Assembly (NCBI RefSeq): GCF_009914755.1
Contig: NC_060929.1
Origin: the human T2T-CHM13v2.0 reference genome, Homo sapiens
Direction: 5' to 3' (one strand)
Length of the DNA stretch: 64,000 bases
A program made the translations under genes and the position numbers. Shown here piece by piece: positions 54,050 through 64,000 of this stretch; position 1 is the first letter of the stretch, and every line of letters begins with the position of its first letter. Below the pieces are notes generated by a model. It saw only the letters and a program-made list of their open reading frames with translations. It was not told the origin of the DNA and did no database searches.

Positions 54050-57000
54050 TTGAGGAAGGACCCTACTACATTACCAACAATTTATGCAACAAATCTTTCT
54101 CCCATCTTTCCCCAAGGTGACCTCTGGCTTTTTACCAGAGTAACTGTGGATTGGGGAAAGGGAAATGATCAGACATTTCAGGGACTACTGGACACTGGCT
54201 CTGAGCTGACGTTGATTCCAGGGGACTCAAAACATCATTGTGGTCCTCAGTTAAAGTAGGGGCTTATGAAGGTCATGTCATTAACGGAGCTTTAGCTCAG
54301 ATCTGACTTACAGTGGGTCCAGCGGGTCCCTGGACTCATCCTGTGGTCAATCCCCCAGTGCCAGGCTGCATAATTGGCATAAACATACTTAGCAGGTGGC
54401 AGAACCCCAACATTGACTCCCTGACTAATGAGGTGAGGGCTATTATGGTGGGAAAGGCCAAATGGAAGCCATTAGAGTTGTCTCTATCTAGGAAAATAGT
54501 AAATCAAAAACAATATTGCATTCCTGGAGGGACTGCGGAGTCAGTGCCACCATCAAGGACTTGAAAGACGCAGGGGTGGTGACTCCCATGACATCCCTGT
54601 TCAACTCTCCCATTTGGCCTGTGCAGAAGACAGGTGGATCTTGGGGAATAACAGTGGATTATCATAAGCTTAACCTAGTGGTGACTCTAAGTGCAGCTGC
54701 TGTGCCAGATGTAGTTTCATTGCTTGAGCAAATTAACACATCTCCTGGTACCTGGTATGCAGCCATTGACTTGGCAAATGCCTTTTTCTCCATTTCTGTC
54801 CATAAGGCCCACCAGAAGCAATTTGCCTTCATCTGGCAAGACCAGCAATACACATTTACTGTCCTACCTCAGGGGTATATCAACTCTCTGGCTTTGTGTC
54901 ATAATCTTATTCGGAGAGACCTTGATTGCTTTTTGCTTCTGCAAGATATCACACTGGTCCATTACATTGATGACCTTATGCTGATTGGATCCAGTGAGCA
55001 GGAAGTAGCAAACATATTGGACTTACTGGTGAAAACATTTGCATGCCAGAGAATGAAAAATCAATCCGACTAAAATTCAGATACCTTCTACCTCAGTAAA
55101 ATTTCTAAGGGTCCAGTGGTGTACAGCCTGTCAAGATATTCCTTCTAAGGTAAAGGACAAGTTGCTGCATTTGGCCCCTCCTGCAACCAAGAAAGAGGCA
55201 CAATGCCTAGGGGGCCTATTTGGATTTTGGAGGCAACACATTCCTCATTTTGATGTGTTACTCTGGTCCATTTATCAAGTGACCCGAAAGGCTGTCAGCT
55301 TTGAGTGGGGTCCAGAACAGGAGAGGGCTCTGCAACAGGTCCAGGCTGCTATGCAAGCTGCTCTGTCACTTGGGCCATATGACCCAGCAGATCCAACGGT
55401 GCTGGAGTTGTCAGTGGCAGATAGGGGTGCTGTTTGGAGCCTACAGCAGGGCCCCATAGGCTAATCACAGCAGAGGCCACTAGGATTTTGGAGCAAGGCC
55501 CTGCCATCTTCTGCAGATAACTACTCTCCTTTTGAGAGACAGCTCTTGGCCTGTTACTGGGCTTTGGTGGAAACTGAACATTTGACTATGGGTCATGAAG
55601 TCACCATGTGACCTGAACTGCCTACCATGAACTGGGTGCTTTCTGACCCATCTATCCATAAAGTGGGTCATGCACAGCAGCATTCCATCATCGAATGGAA
55701 GTGATATAAATGTGATTGGGCTTGAGCACGTCCTGAAGGCATAAGTAAGTTACATGAGGAAGTGGCTCAAATGCCCATGGTCTCCACTCCTGCCACCCTG
55801 CCTTCTCTCCCACAGCCTGCACTGATGGCCTCATGAGGAGTTCCCTATGATCAGTTGGCAGAGGAAGAGAAGACTAGAGCCTGGTTCACAGATGGTTCTG
55901 CACAATATGCAGGCACCACCCAAAAGTAGACAGCTGCAGCACTACAGCCCCTTTCTAGGACATCCCTGAAGGATGCAGTGAAGGGAAATCTTCCCAGTGG
56001 GCAGAACTTCCAGCAGTGCACCTGGTTGTGTACTTTGCATGGAAGGAGAAATAATCAAATGTGTGATTACATACTGATTCATGGGCTGCAGCCAATGGTT
56101 TGGCTGGATGGTCAGGGAGGTCATTCCAAGCGGTCTGATTCACCGTTTGTGAGAAGCAAGTTTATTGACTTTATACATAATACCTTTGACCATATGGTCT
56201 GACCAAGGAGACCATGGGCATTTGAGCCACTTCCTCATGTAACTTACTTGTGCCTTCAGGACTTCCTCAAGCCCAGTCATACTTACATCACTTCCATTTG
56301 ATGATGGAATGCTGCTGTGCATGACCCACTTTATGGCTTGATGGGTCAGAAAGCACCCTGGATGGCTAGGGACTTCAAAGAAGCATGATTGGAAAATTGG
56401 TGACAAAGAAATTTGGGGAAGAGGTATGTGGATGGACTTCTCTCAGTGGTCAAAAACTGTGAAGATATTTGTATCCCCTGTGAGTGCTCACCAATGGGTG
56501 ACCTCAGCAGAGGAGGATTTTAATAATCAAGTGGATGCGATGACCCGTTCTGTGGACACCACTCAGCCTCTTTCCCCAGCCACATGTCATCGCCCAATGG
56601 GCCCATGAACAAAGTGGCCATGGTGGCAGGGATGGAGGTTACGCATGGGCTCAGCAACATGGACTTCCATTCACCAAGGCTGACTTGGCTACAGCCACTG
56701 CTGAGTGCCCAATTTGCCAGCAGCAGAGACCAACACTGAGCCCTCAATACGGCACCATTCCTCGGGGTGATCAGCCAGCTACCTAGTGACAAGTTGATTA
56801 TAATGGACCTTTTCCATCATGGAAGATGGCATCATGGCAGAAATTTATCCTCACTGGAATAGACACTTACTCTGGATATAGGTTTGCCTATCCTGCATGC
56901 AATGCTTCTGCCAAGACTACCAGCCGTGGACTCGCGGAATGCCTTATCCACTGTCATGGTATTCCAAACAGTATTGCCTCTGACCAAGGCACGCACTTTA

Positions 57001-57760
57001 TGACTAAAGAAGTCTGACACTGGGCTCATGCTCATGGAATTCACTGGTCTTACCATGTTCTCCATCATCCTGAAGCAGCTGGATTGATAGAACAGTGGAG
57101 TGGCCTTTTGAAGTCACAATTACAACACTAACTAGGTGACAATACTTTGTAGGGCTGGGGCAAAGTTCTCCAAAAGGCTGTGTATGCTCTCAGTCAGCCT
57201 CCAATATATGTTACTGTTTCTCCCACAGCCAGGATTCACGGGTCCAGGAACTAAGAGGTGGAAGTGGAAGTGGCACTACTCACCATCACCCCTAATGATC
57301 CACTGGCAAAATTTTTGCTTCCTGTTCCCACAACATTATGTTCTGCTGGCCTAGAGGTCTTAGTTCCAAAGGGAGGAACGCGGCTACCAGGAGACACAAC
57401 AATGATTCCATTAAACTTGAAGTTAAGATTGCCTGGACACTTTGGGCTCTTATTACCTTAAGTCAACAGGGTAAGAAGGGAGTTACAGTGTTGGCTGGGG
57501 TGATTGACCCAGACTCTCTAGATGAAATCAGTCTACAACTCCACAACAGAGATAAGGAAGAGTATGCATGGAATACAGGAGATCCATTAGGGTGTCTCTT
57601 AGTCTTACCATTGCCTGTGATTAAGGTCGACGGGAAACTACAACAGCCCAACCCAGGCAGGACTACAAATGGCTCAGACCCCTCAAGAATGAAGCAGGGA
57701 AAAAACCACAACCTGCTGAGGTGCTTGCTGAAGGCAAAGGGAATACAGATTGGGTAGAAG
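54050..57760 (+). pseudogene. HERV-L pro-pol remnant (protease, RT, RNaseH, integrase, dUTPase-like)
   Basis: LLDTGSELTLIP (protease); [25 protein letters not shown] (RT); FTDGS (RNaseH); H..H..CPIC, GIDTYSG, SDQGTHF (integrase); LPGHFGLLLP, AGVIDPD (dUTPase-like). Fragmented across frames. Confidence 0.93.
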
Positions 57761-58129
57761 AAGGTAGTCATCAATACCAGCTACGACCATGTGACCAGTT
57801 CCGGCTCCAGAAATGGGGACTGTAATTGTCATGAGTATTTCCTCTTTCTTTTGCTAAAAACATGTTTGTGCATGTATACACTTGTACTAAGAAAATATCT
57901 TTATTGTATTTCCTTTTCCTTTATTGTGTGACATAAGATTTACTGACTTCATATCAGCATTTAAGTATTGCTAATCTTATGTAATAGTATTTGGGTTGGG
58001 GATCAGTGCGTTTCTGGTAGTACAAAGGATAGTTGTATTATGTTAGGTGTAATTATGATCTTATTGTATTTGAAGATTATGTATGATCTCAGGAAATGTG
58101 TATGGGTTCAAGTTGACAAGGGATGGACT

Positions 58130-58510
58130 TGTGGTGGTTAATAATGAGTGTCGACTTGATTGGATTGAAGGATGCAATATTGATCCTGGGTGCATCTGTG
58201 AGGGTGTTGTCAAAGGAGATTAACATTTGAGTCAGTGGGCTGGAGAAGGCAGATCCACCCTTAATCTGGTGGGCACCATCTAATCAGCCATCAACAAATA
58301 TAAAGCAGGCAGAAAAACATGAAGCGAGAGACTGGCCTCACCTCCCAGCCTACATCTTTCTCCCATGCTGGACGCTTCCTGCCCTCGAACATCGGACTCC
58401 AAGTTCTTCAGTTTTGAGGCTCGGACCTAGCTCTTCTTGCTCCTCAAGCTTGCAGACAGCCTACTGTGGGACCTTGTAATTGTGTAAGTTAATACTTAAT
58501 AAACTCTCTC
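58130..58510 (+). mobile_element. 3' LTR (MLT2A1), 3'-truncated
   Basis: Follows the PPT aagggatggac; roughly 92% identical to the 5' LTR by hand count; the terminal ~40 bp are absent. Confidence 0.93.
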
Positions 58511-58678
58511 TCTATATATATACACATACATATGCATACATATACATATACATGCATATATATACATATATACATATACATGCATATATATACATACATA
58601 CATACATATATATACATATATACATATATATACATATATACACATATATACACACATATATATACATATATATATATG
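58505..58678. repeat. (TA/TACA)n microsatellite
   Basis: Directly visible. Confidence 0.97.
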
Positions 58679-61600
58679 TTCACGACTGCAAGTGGTCAGA
58701 TGCTGGCTGCTATACCCTGCCTGGACCCAGATGCCACAGCAATGTCACCTTAATGAAAACTATATGGGGGAAAATGACAACATCTAAGTGACAACACTTC
58801 ACCCACCAATAGCAACGCCCTTCTCACACCCACCACCCAACGACTGATACTCATGCCAAATCTTTCTTGAAATTACTATTCCCCACCATCCTTTACAGAC
58901 TGCACTTAAGAAGGAAGGAGCCCACAGAACCGAATATCAATCACAGAAGCTGCATAGCCAGACATTCAGTGTTCGATGTACCGAAAAATCCTCTTTACAC
59001 GTCTTTATGCTTCTGGCCACTACAGCCGCAAAGTCCAGCCATTAGAAGGGACAGCCATCTTTCAGAGTCATGTCCCTTGATGAAATGTCAATGCCAAAGA
59101 AATATAGACAGATATGCCTTATGTATTTTGCCATGTCTCCTCCCTCTTGCCATCACAGTCTCCTCTAAAAGAGTAAGCAACTAAAAAAGAAAAGCTAAAT
59201 GTTCAGTCCCTGTAAAACACCATTTACAATAACAAACTCACACTGATAGAAAAGGGAAGATACTGTATTAATAGCACATCAGGTCAAAAAATTAGAACAT
59301 AAGAATGATAAAAACCATGGCAATTAATTCAACGCCCTATATATAGTCTATCCTGTAAATATAATTTGATTTGCACAGAGCTGCTCAGCTGGCTATTAGT
59401 ACAGCGATCAGCTCAGGTCTTCTAGGCCAGTCCTTGCTTTGCAGCACGATGCCTTGTAAGAACAATTCAGTGGCTACAAAACCTTGGAAATAGTACTTAA
59501 CTCCTTTGGGTCATCCAAGCAAAACTACTCTCGTGAAGCTCATTTCATTGTGATATTGGGGAAAGAAATAGCAGAGAAGGGATGGAGGCACATAAGAAAC
59601 AATCATTAAGAAGACCCAGGCAAGAAACAAAACAATTCTTGAGCATTTTAAGTAAAGAAAAAGGCAGCATGTTACAGTCACTAATTAACACATAGCCCTT
59701 TCTGAGGAGAGATTCTATCACAGGCTCCAGGCCAGATACTAAAGCAAAAGAATGTGTGAAACCAAACTCCTACCTCATTAAAGATCTCTGGTCTGAGTTG
59801 GCCCTACATGTTATTATATGCCATTATCTTCATCTTCATTACAATGCTGAGTTGTGACACCTTCTATGTTGACAGAGCTCCTAAGGATACAGAAGGAGAG
59901 TCGCACATCTTGCTCTGTATCTTAGGGGACTGTCTGCTATCCAAGTGTACTTGCGGGTGTCTATTTGGAAGATTATTGAAGTAAATGCCAAAATACAAAC
60001 GGTGCATTGTTTGGGTGCAGAAAAAAACATATAGCAAAAAAGTAAACCTGTGGGATGTGTTCAAGGCACCATACAGCAAAGGCAATCCATTTCCTTGTGC
60101 TACCCTCAAAATGTTATACAATAATTTCTGGTAAAAACTCTAAATTAAAACAATTTAAAAGCACAGCACCTCTAATCCTGTTTAAGCCTGAAATGATTTA
60201 TAAATACCTACCCAGGAACTACTCTGCCACCAAAGGAATGCAGATGGCCTCAGTGAGGATTAATCCATCTCTGGAAGGTTCTTGAGGACTAACTTATCCT
60301 TTCTTATTTTCTCCAGAGTCTAGCAAGGTTCCACCTCTATAACAGAAACCCCATGAATATGGGACTGCTGTTAATTCACGCTGTGCTTTTAGTTCTTTTC
60401 AAAGCTTACAGATATTCATATTTTTCCCTCATTTTCTTTTCTCTATAAAAGTCCCATAAGAGAAAGAGACACATGCACAAATCTTGCACTACAGATGAGG
60501 AAACAGGCACCAAAGGTTCATGATTTACCAGGGGCCACCCAGGAGCAATAGGCCAGCACCCCAGGGCCCATCAGCTTAGGGCTTTCCTAGATTAAATGCT
60601 TTACACACATTTCAGGTAGACCAGGGGAGGCTGGCTCTTGTGGACTATGTGTACCTAAATTGCTTAAGAGTCATAAATGTGGTCCAAGATTTTCAAAAAG
60701 TCATAACCAGCACATGAACTAACAGACCAAAGACTCAGCCTAGGTGGGGTCAAACTAAAGCTGCAGAGGAAACATTCCTCCTTTCTGGTTCTGTGTCCCT
60801 AATGGATGAGGGCTCCAGTGACTTGGAGGGAAGAGTGCTGGTGCTCCCCAGGGCCTCTCAACCCGGGTGCGCAGCCATCTGGACAGAGTCAAGCTCTGAC
60901 AAACCCAACAGCCGCCAGGGGGTGTAGCTCTCTACTCCCCCCAGGAGGAGAAGGTGGGGGTTCTGCAGCTGTGTGCTGACTTGAGCTTCTTCCTCCCCCC
61001 TCTCCCCTTCAGGCTCCCCTCTGACCCAACACCCCATGGGCTTGGCCTCGCTAAGGCTGGGAAAGGGCTGCATTTGTTTCTATCTCTGATCACATTTGGA
61101 ATCCCTGGCAAAGTGAAAACAAACCTTCCATTCTTCAGCCGTGTTTGTTTTGGGCCCATTTGGCACCACCCTTCCCATTTCAGGCTTATTTTTTTTCCAC
61201 TTATCGTCATCATGAATTTGGTAGAGGTGAGTCATTGGTTTTAACCCTGGCTCCAGCTTCCTCTCGTTTGTACTTTTCCAGTCTAATTTCCTTTATTTGC
61301 AGCGCCTTGAAAGTCTCCAATCGCTAGCCTCTGACATGGTTATGCCGGGTCCTGAGCTCGGGCTGTCTCCAGTCCTGAGGCGTGTGGGCTCCTGCACGCT
61401 GGGCCAGGGGTTTCTGAGTGGTTGTTGTGTTCCTGGTTCTGAGGCTCCTGCCCACAAGATCCGAAGACTCACCAGGGCAGCTGCTGACCTTCAGGTGGAG
61501 GCAGGGAGCCTCTGCAGAAGCCGGTGCCGCTGCAGAGCTGCTCCAACACTGCCGTGGTGTCTTATAAAGCCACAAAGCTTGAGTTGACAATTGGGGTAGA

Positions 61601-61779
61601 AGGAAAATCACTGAAACTCCTCTGTCTTAAATGAGCTTGATGGAAAGCAGTCCCTAATAATACAATCCTAGTGCTGAAAAGATGTCTCTCAACTTAAACA
61701 TTTGAAGTAGGATTTTAGGCTTTCTTCTCAATAATTTCCCCACAACTCTTTGGGAAAAGGTGACTAGTTAACAGAGCAG

Positions 61780-61990
61780 AAACGGTGGGCAGGAGACTGG
61801 AAGTCTTTGGAGTCACACATTTGGATTCACATCTTATTTGTCAGTTACTTTGGTAATGACCTTAGGCATGCCATTAGTCTTTCTCAGTAGATATACCTGA
61901 CCACAAAAGAGAGTCCCACCACTTACCTTGTAGGATGTGAAGACTAATAAGACTAAGTATGTAAAGCACCTGGTCTAAAGGTAGCTGTAT
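61780..61990 (+). mobile_element. MIR
   Basis: gtctttggagtcacac..tggattc, tgaccttaggcatg, gtatgtaaagcacctgg. Confidence 0.6.
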
Positions 61991-62394
61991 TTGCTGTTAT
62001 TTGGCTATTAGACTTCCTGAATACTGCTGAATTGCTTAAGTCATACTGGGGACAATCTTCTAAACTTCTCATTCCCCAAGGACCGATTAAGTTGAGACAT
62101 AATCATAAAGTCAACAGGACACATGACAGATGCTTTCAAAATAGATTCAAGTCCCATGGAAAAAAATGTTCAATTCTGCCTGTTGGACAGTTGTCATTTA
62201 TACTCTCTTCCGCCTCCCCTCTGGAGTCCTTATAAATATGGTGGCCAATTAGGAAGTTATCATTACTCACCCACAGTGAAAGAATAAACTGTTCATGAAC
62301 CATTTTCTCCCTTTAACACAGTGTTCATACATTTCTGAAATGTGTAGGCTTCACTTGCATTGCAGAGACTGGGATGGTGTGTGTGTCTCAGATA

Positions 62395-62550
62395 AGTGCT
62401 GCTCACAGCGTGGTGGGGAACAAGCAGCACCACTAACTCTGGGAGCTCATGAGAAATAGTCTCAGGCCCACCCCAGCCCTGCTGAGGCAGAATCTGCATT
62501 CTGACCAGATTCTCAGGTGATCTGCAAGTGCATTCAAGTTTGGGAGGCTC
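62395..62550. mobile_element. MER5A
   Basis: tctcaggcccaccccag.ccctgctga..cagaatctgcatt..caggtgat..aagtttg. Confidence 0.8.
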
Positions 62551-62711
62551 CTTGGTCACACAGAGGAGGCAGAGGTGTGACGGTGAAGGTGCCGGCCCCG
62601 GCCCAGGAGGCGGGGTTCTGACTGCTCTTCAGCCCCTGCCACTTCAGCTTAGCTGAGGGACAACAGGCGAGTCATATCACCCTCCAAGCTTACCCTCGTT
62701 ACATCCAAAAT

Positions 62712-63228
62712 TGTGAAGGGCCTGAGGTTTTATGTCACTTGTCAGCTAATACGTCAGCCTGCCACTGTGTGTGCATGTGTGTGGAAAAGTGTGTGTGTGT
62801 GTGAGTATGAGTGTTCACAACAGAAGGTGCAAGACCTCTGAGTCAGAGAGAGCAGAAAGAACGACATCTTAGCACTAGTTTGCTAAGTGCCAGTCCCCAC
62901 AGTGATGTGACATGGTGAGGGCCAAGTGTCACTTATGCATGTAGTGGAATCATCACAGAAGAGAAGCCCCAGAATTAGGGAACGCTGACCTTGTACAGGG
63001 CTGCTGGTGACCTTCCCTCTCCACTGTCGAGAGGGAGAGACAGAGACTTAGCTTGATCCTGGAATGTAAGCAACTGTTTTAGGGAAGTGGAAGGGAAACT
63101 TCTGTAAGCTGTATTGTCCTAAAATGTCTCCTTATACGAACATTATTAACTTGGCTGTAAATGTCTTTGCTCAGAGGACCTGGACTGTGCAGAAACATGA
63201 CATGTCCATAGGAACTGTCTCTCAATGT
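62712..63228 (-). mobile_element. ERVL-class LTR (LTR47/MER76-like)
   Basis: tgtgaaggg.ctgag..ttt..agctaa..agcctgccac at one end; gtgcagaaacatga..ccat..aa.tgtctc.caa at the other. Confidence 0.55.
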
Positions 63229-63771
63229 GCCCATGTGTCAGGAGAATGGGTGGCTGGCACACAGCAGGCAACAGTACCTGGCCACTGCCCCGGGGGAGCT
63301 TGTAGTCTGAGAACCACCCACAATGGAACCACAGTGTCATGAGAGGGGAAGTCCCAGGTGCCTGTGGGAACGCACAGGGGTCAGCACACCCTGATGAAGG
63401 CAGGGCTGTCAGGAAAGGGTTCCTGGGGCTGGCTTCCAAGCTGAGACTTGACGTTTGGATTGGCTGGTTCTGAGTGCCAGGCAGGAAGCCCTGACAGTCG
63501 GCCGTGAGAGGGTGGTGGGGATGGGGCCTGCTGCCTTGCTCCTGATGCTCAAGGGCCCGACTTCATTCTGAGGGTTTAGATGGGGGGGACTGGGGAGAGG
63601 GAGAAATACATGTTGATTCCCTGGTTCTGGCTTGGACAACTCAATATCCAAGTTATGAGAGCCTAGTAACAAGATGGAAAGGGGAGCAGAGTTTGAGGGA
63701 CGAAAATGGTGTGCTGTATGTAGGCAATCTGCTATGTTTCTGGGAGTATAAATTGAGATATCCAATCTATG

Positions 63772-64000
63772 CAGTCATCCCTTGGCATCCATGGGAGAGT
63801 GGTTCCAGCACCCCTGTGGATACCACAATCCCACAGATGCTCACATCCCTGATATAAAATAGTGTAGTATGTGCATATAACCTTCACACATCCTCCCATA
63901 TACTTTAAATCATCTCCAGTTACTTACAATTCCTGATACGATGTAAATGCTATGTAAATAGCTGTTATCCTGTATTGTTTGGGGAACAGTGACAAGAAAA
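63772..64000 (+). mobile_element. MER2 (Tigger-family MITE), runs off the window
   Basis: cagtcatccct..atccatggg..tggttccag, gcatataacct, catcctccc.tatactttaaatcatct. Confidence 0.85.

Larger units (their letters stand above)
52408..58510 (+). mobile_element. HERV-L provirus (MLT2A1 LTRs), defective
   Basis: Order is LTR, PBS, gag, pro, RT, RNaseH, IN, dUTPase-like, PPT, LTR; no env; many stops and frameshifts. Confidence 0.97.

Noticed and set aside
54516-55073. RT ORF as an active retroelement
   Set aside because: Frameshifted at both ends, and the surrounding pol carries many stops.

Overview
Primate (human-like) nuclear non-coding DNA. I see no CpG island and no intact protein-coding exon, so the window is probably intergenic or inside a long intron or lncRNA; I cannot name the locus. 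Main contents: a 5'-truncated processed pseudogene of the short ITSN1 isoform with poly(A) and a 17-bp TSD (118-1177, minus strand); a near full-length decayed HERV-L provirus with MLT2A1 LTRs (52408-58510); a near full-length Tigger1 with an Alu inserted; a 59-bp x ~24 VNTR; many old MIR/L2/L3/L1MB/MaLR/MER elements; only three Alus; and several AT-rich, homeobox-motif-dense unique blocks that look like conserved enhancers. The structure least explained by standard annotation is a set of locally templated copies. One is a complex insertion in HERV-L pol (gag fragment + inverted pol fragment + fold-back fillers + 15-bp target duplication). The others are three dispersed 44-135 bp duplications lying 0.6-1.2 kb from their partners. 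I found no support for a new coding system. Repeat family names come from recalled consensus sequences, not from a search, and old-repeat boundaries are approximate.
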